This document shows, piece after piece, positions 8,176 to 16,931 of a stretch of 64,000 nt of DNA. Made by a program: the position numbers and the translations under genes. Each line of letters opens with the position of its first letter. Positions within the stretch are counted from its first letter, which is position 1. The notes under the pieces are model-generated. The model was not told the DNA's origin. It searched no databases and saw only the letters and a list, made by a program, of their open reading frames with translations. Origin of the DNA: Candidatus Falkowbacteria bacterium HGW-Falkowbacteria-1 (GTDB lineage: Bacteria > Patescibacteriota > Patescibacteriia > Patescibacteriales > UBA12465); NCBI GenBank assembly GCA_002840305.1, contig PHAI01000001.1, forward strand, positions 29,734 through 93,733, given 5' to 3'.

Positions 8176-9402
8176 ATGTCTGTTTTTGATAACGTTGTTA
8201 AGCGTTTTAGTGATTTAAAAGAAGTAATAAATTTAAAAGACGATGATCTTAAATATTTATTAGAACCAAAATTAGTTTCCCAGACTGAGTTGGATGTCGA
8301 TGGTGAAAAATTCTCTGCGTGGAGAATTGTTTCTAACCGCGCCCTCGGCCCAGGAAAAGGAGGAATAAGATTTCATCCGGATGTTTGTGAGGATGAAGTA
8401 AAATCTTTAGCTTTTTGGATGAGTTTAAAAAATTCTCTTTTAGGACTGCCTTATGGTGGCGCTAAAGGCGGAATAAAATTTAATCCAAAAGAACGTGATG
8501 CTAAATTTTTAGAAAAAATTTCTCGTAAATATATTGATGCTTTTTACAATGTCTTAGGACAAGATAAAGACATTCCTGCTCCCGATGTTTATACTAATCC
8601 GCAAACAATGGCCTGGATGCTTGATCAATATGAAAAAAACGTTGGACATCATGAACCAGGCATGATTACTGGTAAGCCGATAGAATTAGGAGGTATTGCC
8701 CTAAGAGGAGACTCAACGGCCAAAGGTGCTTATTTAGTAATTTTAGAAATGGTAAAAACTTTAGGATTAAAGGATAAAGAGCTAACCGTCGCTGTTCAAG
8801 GCTTTGGCAATGCTGGTTTAAATATTGCCAAAATGCTTTTTGCTGATAATTTTAAAATAGTTGCCGTAAACGATAGTAAAGGTGGCGTTTATAATCAAGA
8901 GGGTATCGATATAAATGAATTAATAAAGTTTAAAGAAGAATATGGACTAGTTTCATCTTTTGCTGAATATCAAGCAGTGTCTAATGATGAGCTTCTAGAA
9001 ATGGATGTTGATATTTTAATTTTGAGCGCTTTGGAAAATCAGATAACTACTAAAAACGCAGATAAAATTAAAGCAAAACATATAGTAGAGATTGCTAATG
9101 GGCCAGTTGATTATGATGCTGACAAAATTTTGTTTTCCAAGGGCATAACTGTAGTGCCAGATATTCTGGCTAATGCTGGGGGAGTGCTGGTTAGTTATTT
9201 TGAATGGAGTCAAAATAGAACTGGAAATATTTTGGATGAAAATTATTTAGCTGGACTACTTAACGAAAGAATGATAAAGTCATGGTATAATGTTTATAAT
9301 AAATATTTAGATTTAGATAAAAAAGTTGATCTGAGAAAAGCGGCTTATATTATTGCCCTAGAAAGAATAATCAAGGCTGAAAAATTAAGAGGAAACTTAT
9401 AA
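8176..9402 (+). CDS. gdhA: Glutamate dehydrogenase (Glu/Leu/Phe/Val dehydrogenase family)
   Basis: GPGKGGIRFHP catalytic-Lys region; VQGFGNAGLNIA dinucleotide fold. 408 aa. Confidence 0.85.
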   Translation: MSVFDNVVKRFSDLKEVINLKDDDLKYLLEPKLVSQTELDVDGEKFSAWRIVSNRALGPGKGGIRFHPDVCEDEVKSLAFWMSLKNSLLGLPYGGAKGGIKFNPKERDAKFLEKISRKYIDAFYNVLGQDKDIPAPDVYTNPQTMAWMLDQYEKNVGHHEPGMITGKPIELGGIALRGDSTAKGAYLVILEMVKTLGLKDKELTVAVQGFGNAGLNIAKMLFADNFKIVAVNDSKGGVYNQEGIDINELIKFKEEYGLVSSFAEYQAVSNDELLEMDVDILILSALENQITTKNADKIKAKHIVEIANGPVDYDADKILFSKGITVVPDILANAGGVLVSYFEWSQNRTGNILDENYLAGLLNERMIKSWYNVYNKYLDLDKKVDLRKAAYIIALERIIKAEKLRGNL

Positions 9403-9417
9403 TCTAGCATATCTTTT

Positions 9418-10335
9418 ATGATTTACGATTTAATAATTATTGGAACTGGTCCAGCTGGTCTAACGGCATCAATTTATGCTTCTCGTTATAAAATAAAACA
9501 TTTGGTCATAGGTGAAGTACCCGGCGGCCTTATTACAGAGGCTCATAGTATTTGTAATTTTCCGACAGAAATTAGTATTAGTGGCTTTGATTTAATGGAA
9601 AAAATACAAAACAACGCTTTACATTTAGGAGCAGAAGTATTAAACATGGAAAAAATAGTAAAAGTAGAGAAAGATGGTGAAATCTTTAAATTGTACACCG
9701 AAAGTCAAAAAGAATTTGGAGCAAAGACGATTCTATTGGCCACGGGGACTAAGCACAAAAGACTAAGTATAGAGAACGAGGAAAAATATTTGGGGAAAGG
9801 TTTGGCCTATTGCGCTACTTGTGATGCTATGTTTTTTAAGGAAAAAGTAGTTGGTGTTATTGGTAGCGGGAACAGCGCTTTGACCGCCGCCCTGTATTTG
9901 GCCGAAGTTGCTAAAAAAGTTTATTTAATGGTTCGGAGTGAAAGCTTTAAGGGAGAGATCGCCTGGGTTGATCAGGTAAATAAAAATGAAAAAATAGAAG
10001 TTATGTTTAAGAGCCAAGTTAAAAAATTATTAGGAGAAACAAAATTAGAAGAAGTAATAATAGAAAAAAATGACAATGAAGAGAAAATAAAACTTGATGG
10101 GCTTTTTGTAGAAATTGGTACTGATCCAGAAAATTTTCTGTCTGATCAATTGAAAGTTGAGCTTGATAGAGATTTTATAAAAGTAGATTCTACTCAAAAA
10201 ACAAACGTTAATGGTGTTTGGGCGGCAGGAGATTCGACTACAAATTCTAATTTTTTTCGTCAAGTAATTACTGCTTGCAGTGAGGGAGCCGTGGCGGCCT
10301 ATGATATTTTTTCTTATTTACAGAAGAAAAAATAA
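9418..10335 (+). CDS. trxB: Thioredoxin-disulfide reductase-like flavoprotein
   Basis: IIGTGPAGLTASIYA FAD motif, redox CATC, second GSGNSA motif. The position of the E. coli HRR NADPH motif reads VRS. Confidence 0.85.
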   Translation: MIYDLIIIGTGPAGLTASIYASRYKIKHLVIGEVPGGLITEAHSICNFPTEISISGFDLMEKIQNNALHLGAEVLNMEKIVKVEKDGEIFKLYTESQKEFGAKTILLATGTKHKRLSIENEEKYLGKGLAYCATCDAMFFKEKVVGVIGSGNSALTAALYLAEVAKKVYLMVRSESFKGEIAWVDQVNKNEKIEVMFKSQVKKLLGETKLEEVIIEKNDNEEKIKLDGLFVEIGTDPENFLSDQLKVELDRDFIKVDSTQKTNVNGVWAAGDSTTNSNFFRQVITACSEGAVAAYDIFSYLQKKK

Positions 10336-10391
10336 GGCATAAACAATTTATGCGATTGGTTCTTCTTATATTTTATATTTTTTGATATAAT

Positions 10392-10418
10392 AAAAAGACA
10401 TATGGTATATGTCTTTTT
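10392..10418 (+). terminator. Perfect 12-bp hairpin between trxB and the next gene; likely trxB terminator
   Basis: AAAAAGACATAT-ggt-ATATGTCTTTTT. The 3' arm ends at the base before ATG 10419. An extended -10 (TGATATAAT, 10383-10391) sits immediately 5' of it. Confidence 0.6.
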
Positions 10419-13400
10419 ATGTTTAACAGGATTTATATTAATTTTTTAAATAAAAGAATTAAAGCCTTTTCTTTGATAGAGCTAATTTTGGCTGTGTCTA
10501 TTTTGGCTATACTTTCGACAGTAGTTATTATTGCTATAAACCCGGCCAAGAAGTTGGCTGAAGCCAGAAATTCAAAAAGAATAATGAACGTGAGGGCAAT
10601 ATTAGAGGCCACTAATCAATACTTTATAGACAAACAAGACGCTGATATTTTTTCAGTTAAAGACTCTTGGTTTATGATTGGTGATAGCTTGTCCGATTGT
10701 AGTGTAAATTGTAATATTTATTCTTCAACTTCTTCGCCGGCCTTTGTTGACCAAGCTGAGGTTGATTTCTCTAATGGTTCCTATGGTGATACAGAGTATT
10801 CAGGTGGCGGCGTTGGACTGAATGCTTTAGGCAAGACAAATGAAGCGGGATATTATTTGTCAGAAATAAAAGACGGTGGAGACGATTTCTTTTGGAATTA
10901 TTTTTCAGTTTTTCCGAAGTCTCCCTATGGCAAAAGTTTGCCTGAAAATTGTGGAAACGAAAACAATTATTCTGAAAACGGCGTAGGCATGGCTGCCAAT
11001 TCTCTTTTGTTATATTTGGAAGAGGATACTGCACCACTTATTGATAGTTCTTGTCAGGGCAATAACGCTTCTATTGTTGGCTCTGTTTCTTATGGCGAAA
11101 ACGGAATTTTTGGAAATTCGTTAAAGTTCGATGGTGTTAGTGCTTATGCTAGAATAGCCAATCACTCCAGTTTGAATTCTTCTAATAGTTTAAGTTTACA
11201 AGCTTGGGCCAAAATTGATGAGGGCGGAAAAACACAGAGTCTACTTTCAAAGGCCTCCTACAGTTTAAAGGTGGCTTCTGACGATAAGCCATATTTTGAG
11301 ATTCTTGGAGGCTCGGAGAATATAAATTATTCTGGTCGCCCAGGAATAAATGCCCAAGTTAATTCTACAATTGTTTTTGATAATGATTTATATGTTGCAG
11401 CGGCGACTAATGGTAGGGTTTATAGATATGAAGGAGGGAACGATTGGATTGATACTGGAAGACTAGGCACTGCTACTTATATTTGGTCTTTAGTCGAATA
11501 TAATGGACAACTTTATGGTGGCGGTGGAGCAACAGGAACCGTATATCGCTACGAAGGTGACAATAATTGGGTTGATATTGGTCGTTTAGGAGTCGCTACT
11601 TATGTTTATTCCATGGCGGTTTATGATGGTAATCTTTATGCTGGTACTAATGATACTGGACAAGTTTATCGTTATGATGGAGATAATAATTGGGTAAGCT
11701 TAGGACAGGTTGCTACAAACACGCAGATTTGGTCCATGGTTATTTTTAATGGAAATTTATATGTTGGTACTTACGCCACTGGACGCGTTTATCGTTATGA
11801 CGGTGGAACTACTTGGACTGATGTTGGAAGATTAGGAACGGGAACCTATATTTATTCTTTGGTAGTTCATAATGGTAATCTTTATGGAGGAAATAGAGCA
11901 AATGGTCGTGTTTATCGTTATAATGGCGGGACAACGTGGACGGACATAGGAAGACTGGGGACTAGCACTTATATCTATTCTTTAGTTTCTTTTAATGGTT
12001 TTTTATATGGTGCCACTGGTGCCACTGGACGCGTTTATCGTTATGACGGTGGAACTACTTGGACGGATGTTGGTAGATTGGGATTAGCTACTTACGTTTA
12101 TTCTTTGATTGAATATAACGGTGAACTTTATGGAGGGACAAATTATGAAGGATTGGTTTATAAATATAACGGGGTTGATTCTTGGGAAAGTTTAGGACAT
12201 TTTGGTCTTGGAGCGCAGGTTAATTCACTTATATCATACGGCGGCAATTTATATGCCGGGACATATGGATCTGGGCGTGTTTATCGTTACGATGGTAGTA
12301 AAGGATTTTTTAATACTGGAAGACTGGGAACCAATACTTATGTTTATGCTTTGGCTATATACAACGGACAGCTCTATGGTGGTGGTGGGGCAACTGGCAT
12401 AGTATATCGTTACGAAGGCGACAATAATTGGGTTAGCGCTGGTCGTCCAGGGGCCGCTACTTATGTTTATTCTATGGCGGTTTATGATGGCAATCTCTAT
12501 GTTGGTACTAATGATGCTGGGCAAGTTTATCGATATGATGGAGATAATAATTGGGCAAGCCTTGGACAAATTGCTACAAATACACAGGTCAGATCAATGG
12601 TTGTTTTTAATGGAAATTTATATGCCGGGGCTTATGCTACTGGACGAGTTTATCGTTATGATGGTGGAACTACCTGGACTGATGTTGGAAGGCTTGGAAC
12701 TAGTACCTACATCTTTTCTTTAATGGTTTTTGATGGTAAAATTTATGGCGGTGGCGGTTCAACTGGCCGCGTTTATCGTTATGATGGCGGGACTACATGG
12801 GTTGACACTGGAAGATTAGGTGCTGCTACTTATGTTTGGTCTTTGGTTTCTTACGGGGGAAATCTTTATGGCGCTACAAACAATTTGGGACAAGTTTTTA
12901 GATATAACGGAGGGACTACGTGGGCCAGCGTTGGGCAGTTAGGGGTTTCTACCAATGTTTATTCTTTAAGTGTCCATGATGGTAAAATTTTTGCTGGGAC
13001 AAGTGATCAGGGAAAAATTTTTTCTATCGGAGATGGCGCCACTGTTTACTCTGACGTTGACATTAACAATAATGAATTTAACTACATAGCCGGAACTTAC
13101 GATGGTTCAAATTTAAAGCTTTATCTAAATGGTATCGAGAGTTCTTCTAAGGGTTTTACGGCCGGAATTGCTAGTAACTCCAAAGACTTATTAATCGGAT
13201 CTTCTTATGGTTCAAGTTCTGGAGATGGTTCTCAAGTAGGAAGTGAAAATTTTAGTGGGTGGTTAGATGAGATTGCTGTTTGGAAAAGAACGCTTGGTGC
13301 GGCAGATATTTTAAATATTTACAATAGAAGTGTTTTGAATTTAAAATATCAAGTACGTTCTTGCGCTGTTGATAATTGCTCTGACGCTATTTTTGCCGGT

Positions 13401-13772
13401 CCAGACGGAACTGGTGCTTCATATTATAGTGAAGAAACAAACAGAGGAGGTTCTTTGCCTGTTTTTAATTTAGACATAGAAAGAAAACCATATTTTCAAT
13501 ATAGAGTTGATCTTACAAGCAAGAATGAGTTGCTTACTCCTGTTTTGGAAAAGACCGAAATAAGTGGTGATTTAGCAGAAAACTATACTGAGCATGATTG
13601 TTTTAATTTAAACTCTTATTTGGTGCCAAGTTATTTGCCCTCAATTCCTTTTGATCCAAAAACAGGTGATACTGATTTCACTAATTATGCCATAAAGCAA
13701 CTTGACAATGGTCGTTTCGCCGTGAGGTCTTGCTCTTCGGAGCGGGATGATTTTATTGAGCTTTCTAAATAA
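10419..13772 (+). CDS. Prepilin-type N-terminal protein with a LamG/ConA-like domain interrupted by 14 propeller-like repeats
   Basis: KRIKA followed by FSLIELILAVSILAILSTVVIIAI; then LKFDGVSAYARIANHSSL...LSLQAWAKI; 41-aa repeats; then FNYIAGTYDGSNLKLYLNG...FSGWLDEIAVWKRTL. 1117 aa. Confidence 0.8.
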   Translation: MFNRIYINFLNKRIKAFSLIELILAVSILAILSTVVIIAINPAKKLAEARNSKRIMNVRAILEATNQYFIDKQDADIFSVKDSWFMIGDSLSDCSVNCNIYSSTSSPAFVDQAEVDFSNGSYGDTEYSGGGVGLNALGKTNEAGYYLSEIKDGGDDFFWNYFSVFPKSPYGKSLPENCGNENNYSENGVGMAANSLLLYLEEDTAPLIDSSCQGNNASIVGSVSYGENGIFGNSLKFDGVSAYARIANHSSLNSSNSLSLQAWAKIDEGGKTQSLLSKASYSLKVASDDKPYFEILGGSENINYSGRPGINAQVNSTIVFDNDLYVAAATNGRVYRYEGGNDWIDTGRLGTATYIWSLVEYNGQLYGGGGATGTVYRYEGDNNWVDIGRLGVATYVYSMAVYDGNLYAGTNDTGQVYRYDGDNNWVSLGQVATNTQIWSMVIFNGNLYVGTYATGRVYRYDGGTTWTDVGRLGTGTYIYSLVVHNGNLYGGNRANGRVYRYNGGTTWTDIGRLGTSTYIYSLVSFNGFLYGATGATGRVYRYDGGTTWTDVGRLGLATYVYSLIEYNGELYGGTNYEGLVYKYNGVDSWESLGHFGLGAQVNSLISYGGNLYAGTYGSGRVYRYDGSKGFFNTGRLGTNTYVYALAIYNGQLYGGGGATGIVYRYEGDNNWVSAGRPGAATYVYSMAVYDGNLYVGTNDAGQVYRYDGDNNWASLGQIATNTQVRSMVVFNGNLYAGAYATGRVYRYDGGTTWTDVGRLGTSTYIFSLMVFDGKIYGGGGSTGRVYRYDGGTTWVDTGRLGAATYVWSLVSYGGNLYGATNNLGQVFRYNGGTTWASVGQLGVSTNVYSLSVHDGKIFAGTSDQGKIFSIGDGATVYSDVDINNNEFNYIAGTYDGSNLKLYLNGIESSSKGFTAGIASNSKDLLIGSSYGSSSGDGSQVGSENFSGWLDEIAVWKRTLGAADILNIYNRSVLNLKYQVRSCAVDNCSDAIFAGPDGTGASYYSEETNRGGSLPVFNLDIERKPYFQYRVDLTSKNELLTPVLEKTEISGDLAENYTEHDCFNLNSYLVPSYLPSIPFDPKTGDTDFTNYAIKQLDNGRFAVRSCSSERDDFIELSK
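11346..13055 (+). repeat. About 14 tandem 123-nt coding repeats with an 861-nt higher-order duplication
   Basis: Unit G(R/Q)VYRYDGGTTWxDVGRLGxxTYIYSLxxxNGxLYGGT. The phase is exact from 11412 to 13011. The block from 11505 recurs at 12366 (offset 861 nt, or 7 units). Confidence 0.9.
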
Positions 13773-13785
13773 AGATTTGTATAAT

Positions 13786-13814
13786 AAAAAAGCCCTCTTG
13801 AGAGGGCTTTTTTG
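13786..13814. terminator. Bidirectional terminator between convergent genes
   Basis: aaaaaAGCCCTCttgaGAGGGCTttttt. Confidence 0.85.
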
Positions 13815-13832
13815 GTTGGTTTCAATTTGTTA

Positions 13833-14336
13833 CTATTCTGTTGCTCCAGTTTCTTCAAGTTTTAACACTGGTTCTTCATTTTCAGCTCCTGCTTCTTCGA
13901 TGTTTACTGCCGCTTCATCTAAATAAGGATTTACATAAGTATCAATCTCAAAGGCTTGTGGGAAAAATAATGTTCCCTTTTTGTCGATATATGATTCTAT
14001 GTTTTCCCCAGTTCCTACATTAACGGACAACTTATATAAACCATATTCTTCTTCGGCGTTTTCTATAGTCGCTTTTGTTCCTGGCATCATTAAGTTTTCG
14101 TTTATAAAGGATTCAGTTTTTATTTTTGCGTCCTCTAATGTCAAAGTATTTTTTTCTTTAGGGGGAAATTTAAAAATTAAAACTGCTAACAACAATAAAA
14201 CCAAGGCTGATATCAGAATAAAAACTGTTTGTTGTTGTTTTTTACTTTTTTCGCTAATTTTCTCTGTTTTTATTTCTTTTTTTTCTTCATGATGCTCGTG
14301 TTTGCATTCAGAGCTATGCTCATGTTTGTGTTCCAT
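13833..14336 (-). CDS. Membrane-anchored hypothetical protein with a His-rich N-terminus
   Basis: MEHKHEHSSECKHEHHEE, one TM segment (VFILISALVLLLLAVLIF), then a ~90-aa extracytoplasmic domain. Confidence 0.6.
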   Translation of the reverse strand: MEHKHEHSSECKHEHHEEKKEIKTEKISEKSKKQQQTVFILISALVLLLLAVLIFKFPPKEKNTLTLEDAKIKTESFINENLMMPGTKATIENAEEEYGLYKLSVNVGTGENIESYIDKKGTLFFPQAFEIDTYVNPYLDEAAVNIEEAGAENEEPVLKLEETGATE

Positions 14337-14544
14337 ACTTTTGTAAAGATTTCCAGTTGGTAAATTGGCAGATATCAGCTGACAAATCTTATTAATTTAT
14401 TAAAACAATCAAATTTATAATAGCAATTATTGCGAAATCAAACAAGTGGTTGACGTAATAACTAAATTATATTATAGCAGAAAATTAGAAAATATGCTTC
14501 TTTTCAAGGGCCAAGGACTGGTGTTCTTTTTTTATTTAAATTCT

Positions 14545-15918
14545 TTATAATATATTTCTTATTTTTTTCTCAAAGATAAAATAAAAAGTAATCATTGTAA
14601 CTGTTGTTAAAAAGTACTTAATTAGTGTTTTTTCTTTCTCTTCTTTTTCCAAGATTAAATATTTTTCATTTATTAATTCTCCTATTTTTTCTTCTCCGAT
14701 ATTGTTTATGTCTTGTATTGATTTTTCTGATAAGGGCATTATTTTTAATTCTTTTTCGTCCCCACTTAGTGTTCCGCTAATTATGTAATTGTTTCCTTCT
14801 TTTAAGTTTTTGCCAGCAATTTCTGTACCCTTTTTTATGTCTATCAAAATTTCATTTTCGCCATCATCCAAATAAATAGCATTTGTTTTATTTTGGGCTA
14901 TTTTTCCTTTCACTTGAACTAGATTTCCATTTTGATCGGGGGATAGGTCTTTTATTGGAATTGTTTTTTGTTTGTCTATGTTGTTTCCAGATGAAATAAA
15001 TAGAATGTCATTTATATCTTTAGTTTTTATTTTCCAATCATAGTCCTTATTCACGAGTTCTCCTGACACACTTATTTTATCTCCAACTTTTAAGGTTGGA
15101 AAATTTTTATTGTAGCTGTAGACCTGCATTCCATAAATAAGATTTTGTTCTTTATTTTTGTTATTTTCTTCTTCCAAAATATAAAAATATTGAGATCCAA
15201 ATTGTCCTGGTAGATTAGCTACTATTCCTTCGACTTTAACTAAGTCTCCATTTTTCAAGTTTTTTATTTCGTTTATTTTTACCATTTGTTTTATTTTTTC
15301 ACTGCTTTTTGTTGCAGGCTTCTTTTGGTTTTCTTTTTCCGGCAAAAAATAGGTGTTTATCTTTATTATTTCTCCAATTGAATTTTTAATTTCAATATTA
15401 TTTTCAATTATAGTAAAGTCGGCATAATTATTTGGATTTTCTAAATCAATTTTTTTTCTTTTTAAAACTTTATTATTTTCTATTTCGGGGCAGACTTGTC
15501 CAGAAAAATCAGTGGCCTCTCCATATCCGACTTTGTCGCTTATCTTTTTGTCATTATCATATAGTAAGACCGTATTACTTTTAGATAATGATGCCATGGA
15601 TGAATAACATAAATCTGCGTTTACTGTTTGACAATATTCTTTGCTTGATATTAAAAAATAACCATTGCCTGATATTTGGCCTATAAAATTTTTAGCCGAA
15701 ATCAAGCTTGATTCTGACCCGCTGGCAGTTTTCTTTTTGAGCAAGTAACCAGCAAGGTTTATATTGTAATCATTGGGATTATATAATTCTATAAATTCGT
15801 TTTTTGCTCCCTCGTTTTGACCAATCATTATTTGGTTAATTAAAATTGGCAAACTATCAGCTTTTAACGTTTTTGGTAATAAAAATAAAAACAAAAAAAA
15901 TAAAAGTATTTTTTTCAT
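14545..15918 (-). CDS. Lamin-tail-domain (LTD) protein with OB-fold-like modules; secreted and C-terminally anchored
   Basis: Signal peptide MKKILLFFLFLFLLP. LTD pattern LINQIMIGQNEGAKNEFIELYNPNDYNINLAGYLL. Two GDxVxVxG OB-like segments. C-terminal hydrophobic helix. Confidence 0.7.
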   Translation of the reverse strand: MKKILLFFLFLFLLPKTLKADSLPILINQIMIGQNEGAKNEFIELYNPNDYNINLAGYLLKKKTASGSESSLISAKNFIGQISGNGYFLISSKEYCQTVNADLCYSSMASLSKSNTVLLYDNDKKISDKVGYGEATDFSGQVCPEIENNKVLKRKKIDLENPNNYADFTIIENNIEIKNSIGEIIKINTYFLPEKENQKKPATKSSEKIKQMVKINEIKNLKNGDLVKVEGIVANLPGQFGSQYFYILEEENNKNKEQNLIYGMQVYSYNKNFPTLKVGDKISVSGELVNKDYDWKIKTKDINDILFISSGNNIDKQKTIPIKDLSPDQNGNLVQVKGKIAQNKTNAIYLDDGENEILIDIKKGTEIAGKNLKEGNNYIISGTLSGDEKELKIMPLSEKSIQDINNIGEEKIGELINEKYLILEKEEKEKTLIKYFLTTVTMITFYFIFEKKIRNIL

Positions 15919-16000
15919 GGTTTTTTAAGTCAAGATTAAATACTTTTATTATGATATTTTGAGGATGAATTGTCGCTAACTCCTTGATAAACAATTTTAT

Positions 16001-16927
16001 CTATTTTACTTTAGATAGTATTTCCTTTAAGTCTTCGTCCATTTCAATTTTGAATTCTTGCCAGTCGCCATTTAAATCTTTAAACCCTAGAGTGTCGGCT
16101 ATTAAAAATATTCTTCCTGGGTTTAATTTTTTATTTTGGACTTTTGATTTTTTATTCTTGTATAAATTATCGCCCAGAAGTGGATGCCCATAAGCAAAAA
16201 AATGAACACGAATTTGGTGAGTACGACCAGTTTTAATCTTTGCTTTTATCAAAGTGAAGTTTATTAGTTTTTTTATTATTTTAAACTCAGTTATGGCTTG
16301 GCGTGATTTTTCTAACGCTTTTAAGTTTCCCCAGCCCCTATTGGTTAATGTTTTTTTATCTTTGTTTGCCGTAGCATCGTTTGAAGAGCTTTCTTCGTCA
16401 GTTGCGTTATCAGTTATTTCTTCCACTTCTTCTTCGTTATTGTCATTATTATTTGTTTCCGCTGGCGCTTCTTCTTTTTCTTGAGAATAATTTTCATATT
16501 CGCCCTTCCTTTTGTTTAGTAGTTCATTTTCCTCTTCGTTTTTAGGTGATGGTATAGCAGCCATCTTGAAACCTTGGCTGGATCTTTTGATGGGGAAGTC
16601 AATAATGCCTTCGTCTCTCAAAATCTGGCCGCAAACCAAAGCTGTATATTCTTTTTTGATTTTTCTTTCTTTGAATTGTTTTTTGAAATACTCAAAGGCC
16701 TCATTGTTTTTTGGTATCAACATTAATCCACTAGCTTCTTTATCTAGGCGATGGACTATTCCAGGCCTATTTGGGTCTTCTCCAACCTTTTTTATTTCTG
16801 GATATTTTTCAACCAACCAATCGCTTAGGGTTTTTTCTTTGATTCCATTGCCGCCATGGGATATCATTCCGGCTGGCTTGTTTATGACTAAGTAATCTTT
16901 TTGATCTGAAATTATTTTTATTTCCAT
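16001..16927 (-). CDS. RluA-family pseudouridine synthase with an acidic insertion
   Basis: VINKPAGM, catalytic HRLDKEASGLML, and GRTHQIRVH. An ~80-aa D/E/N-rich insert lies between them. Confidence 0.85.
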   Translation of the reverse strand: MEIKIISDQKDYLVINKPAGMISHGGNGIKEKTLSDWLVEKYPEIKKVGEDPNRPGIVHRLDKEASGLMLIPKNNEAFEYFKKQFKERKIKKEYTALVCGQILRDEGIIDFPIKRSSQGFKMAAIPSPKNEEENELLNKRKGEYENYSQEKEEAPAETNNNDNNEEEVEEITDNATDEESSSNDATANKDKKTLTNRGWGNLKALEKSRQAITEFKIIKKLINFTLIKAKIKTGRTHQIRVHFFAYGHPLLGDNLYKNKKSKVQNKKLNPGRIFLIADTLGFKDLNGDWQEFKIEMDEDLKEILSKVK

Positions 16928-16931
16928 ATTT

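Noticed and set aside
12202-12723. Three track ORFs (12202..12402 +, 12249..12569 -, 12463..12723 +) inside the 41-aa repeat region.
   Set aside because: These are alternative-frame or antisense shadows of the periodic coding repeat. The main frame has a clear repeat consensus and continuous domain logic.
11412-13055. The 861-nt internal duplication, considered as a DGR template/variable repeat pair.
   Set aside because: Differences between the copies are of all substitution types, not adenine-specific. Both copies lie inside one ORF, and no reverse transcriptase is in the window.
14440-14545. A plus-strand promoter-like TTGACG...TATATT site and an 18-codon ORF (ATG 14494) facing the 3' end of the LTD gene.
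   Set aside because: The spacer and -10 quality are poor, and the ORF is tiny with no SD. An antisense RNA is possible but unsupported.
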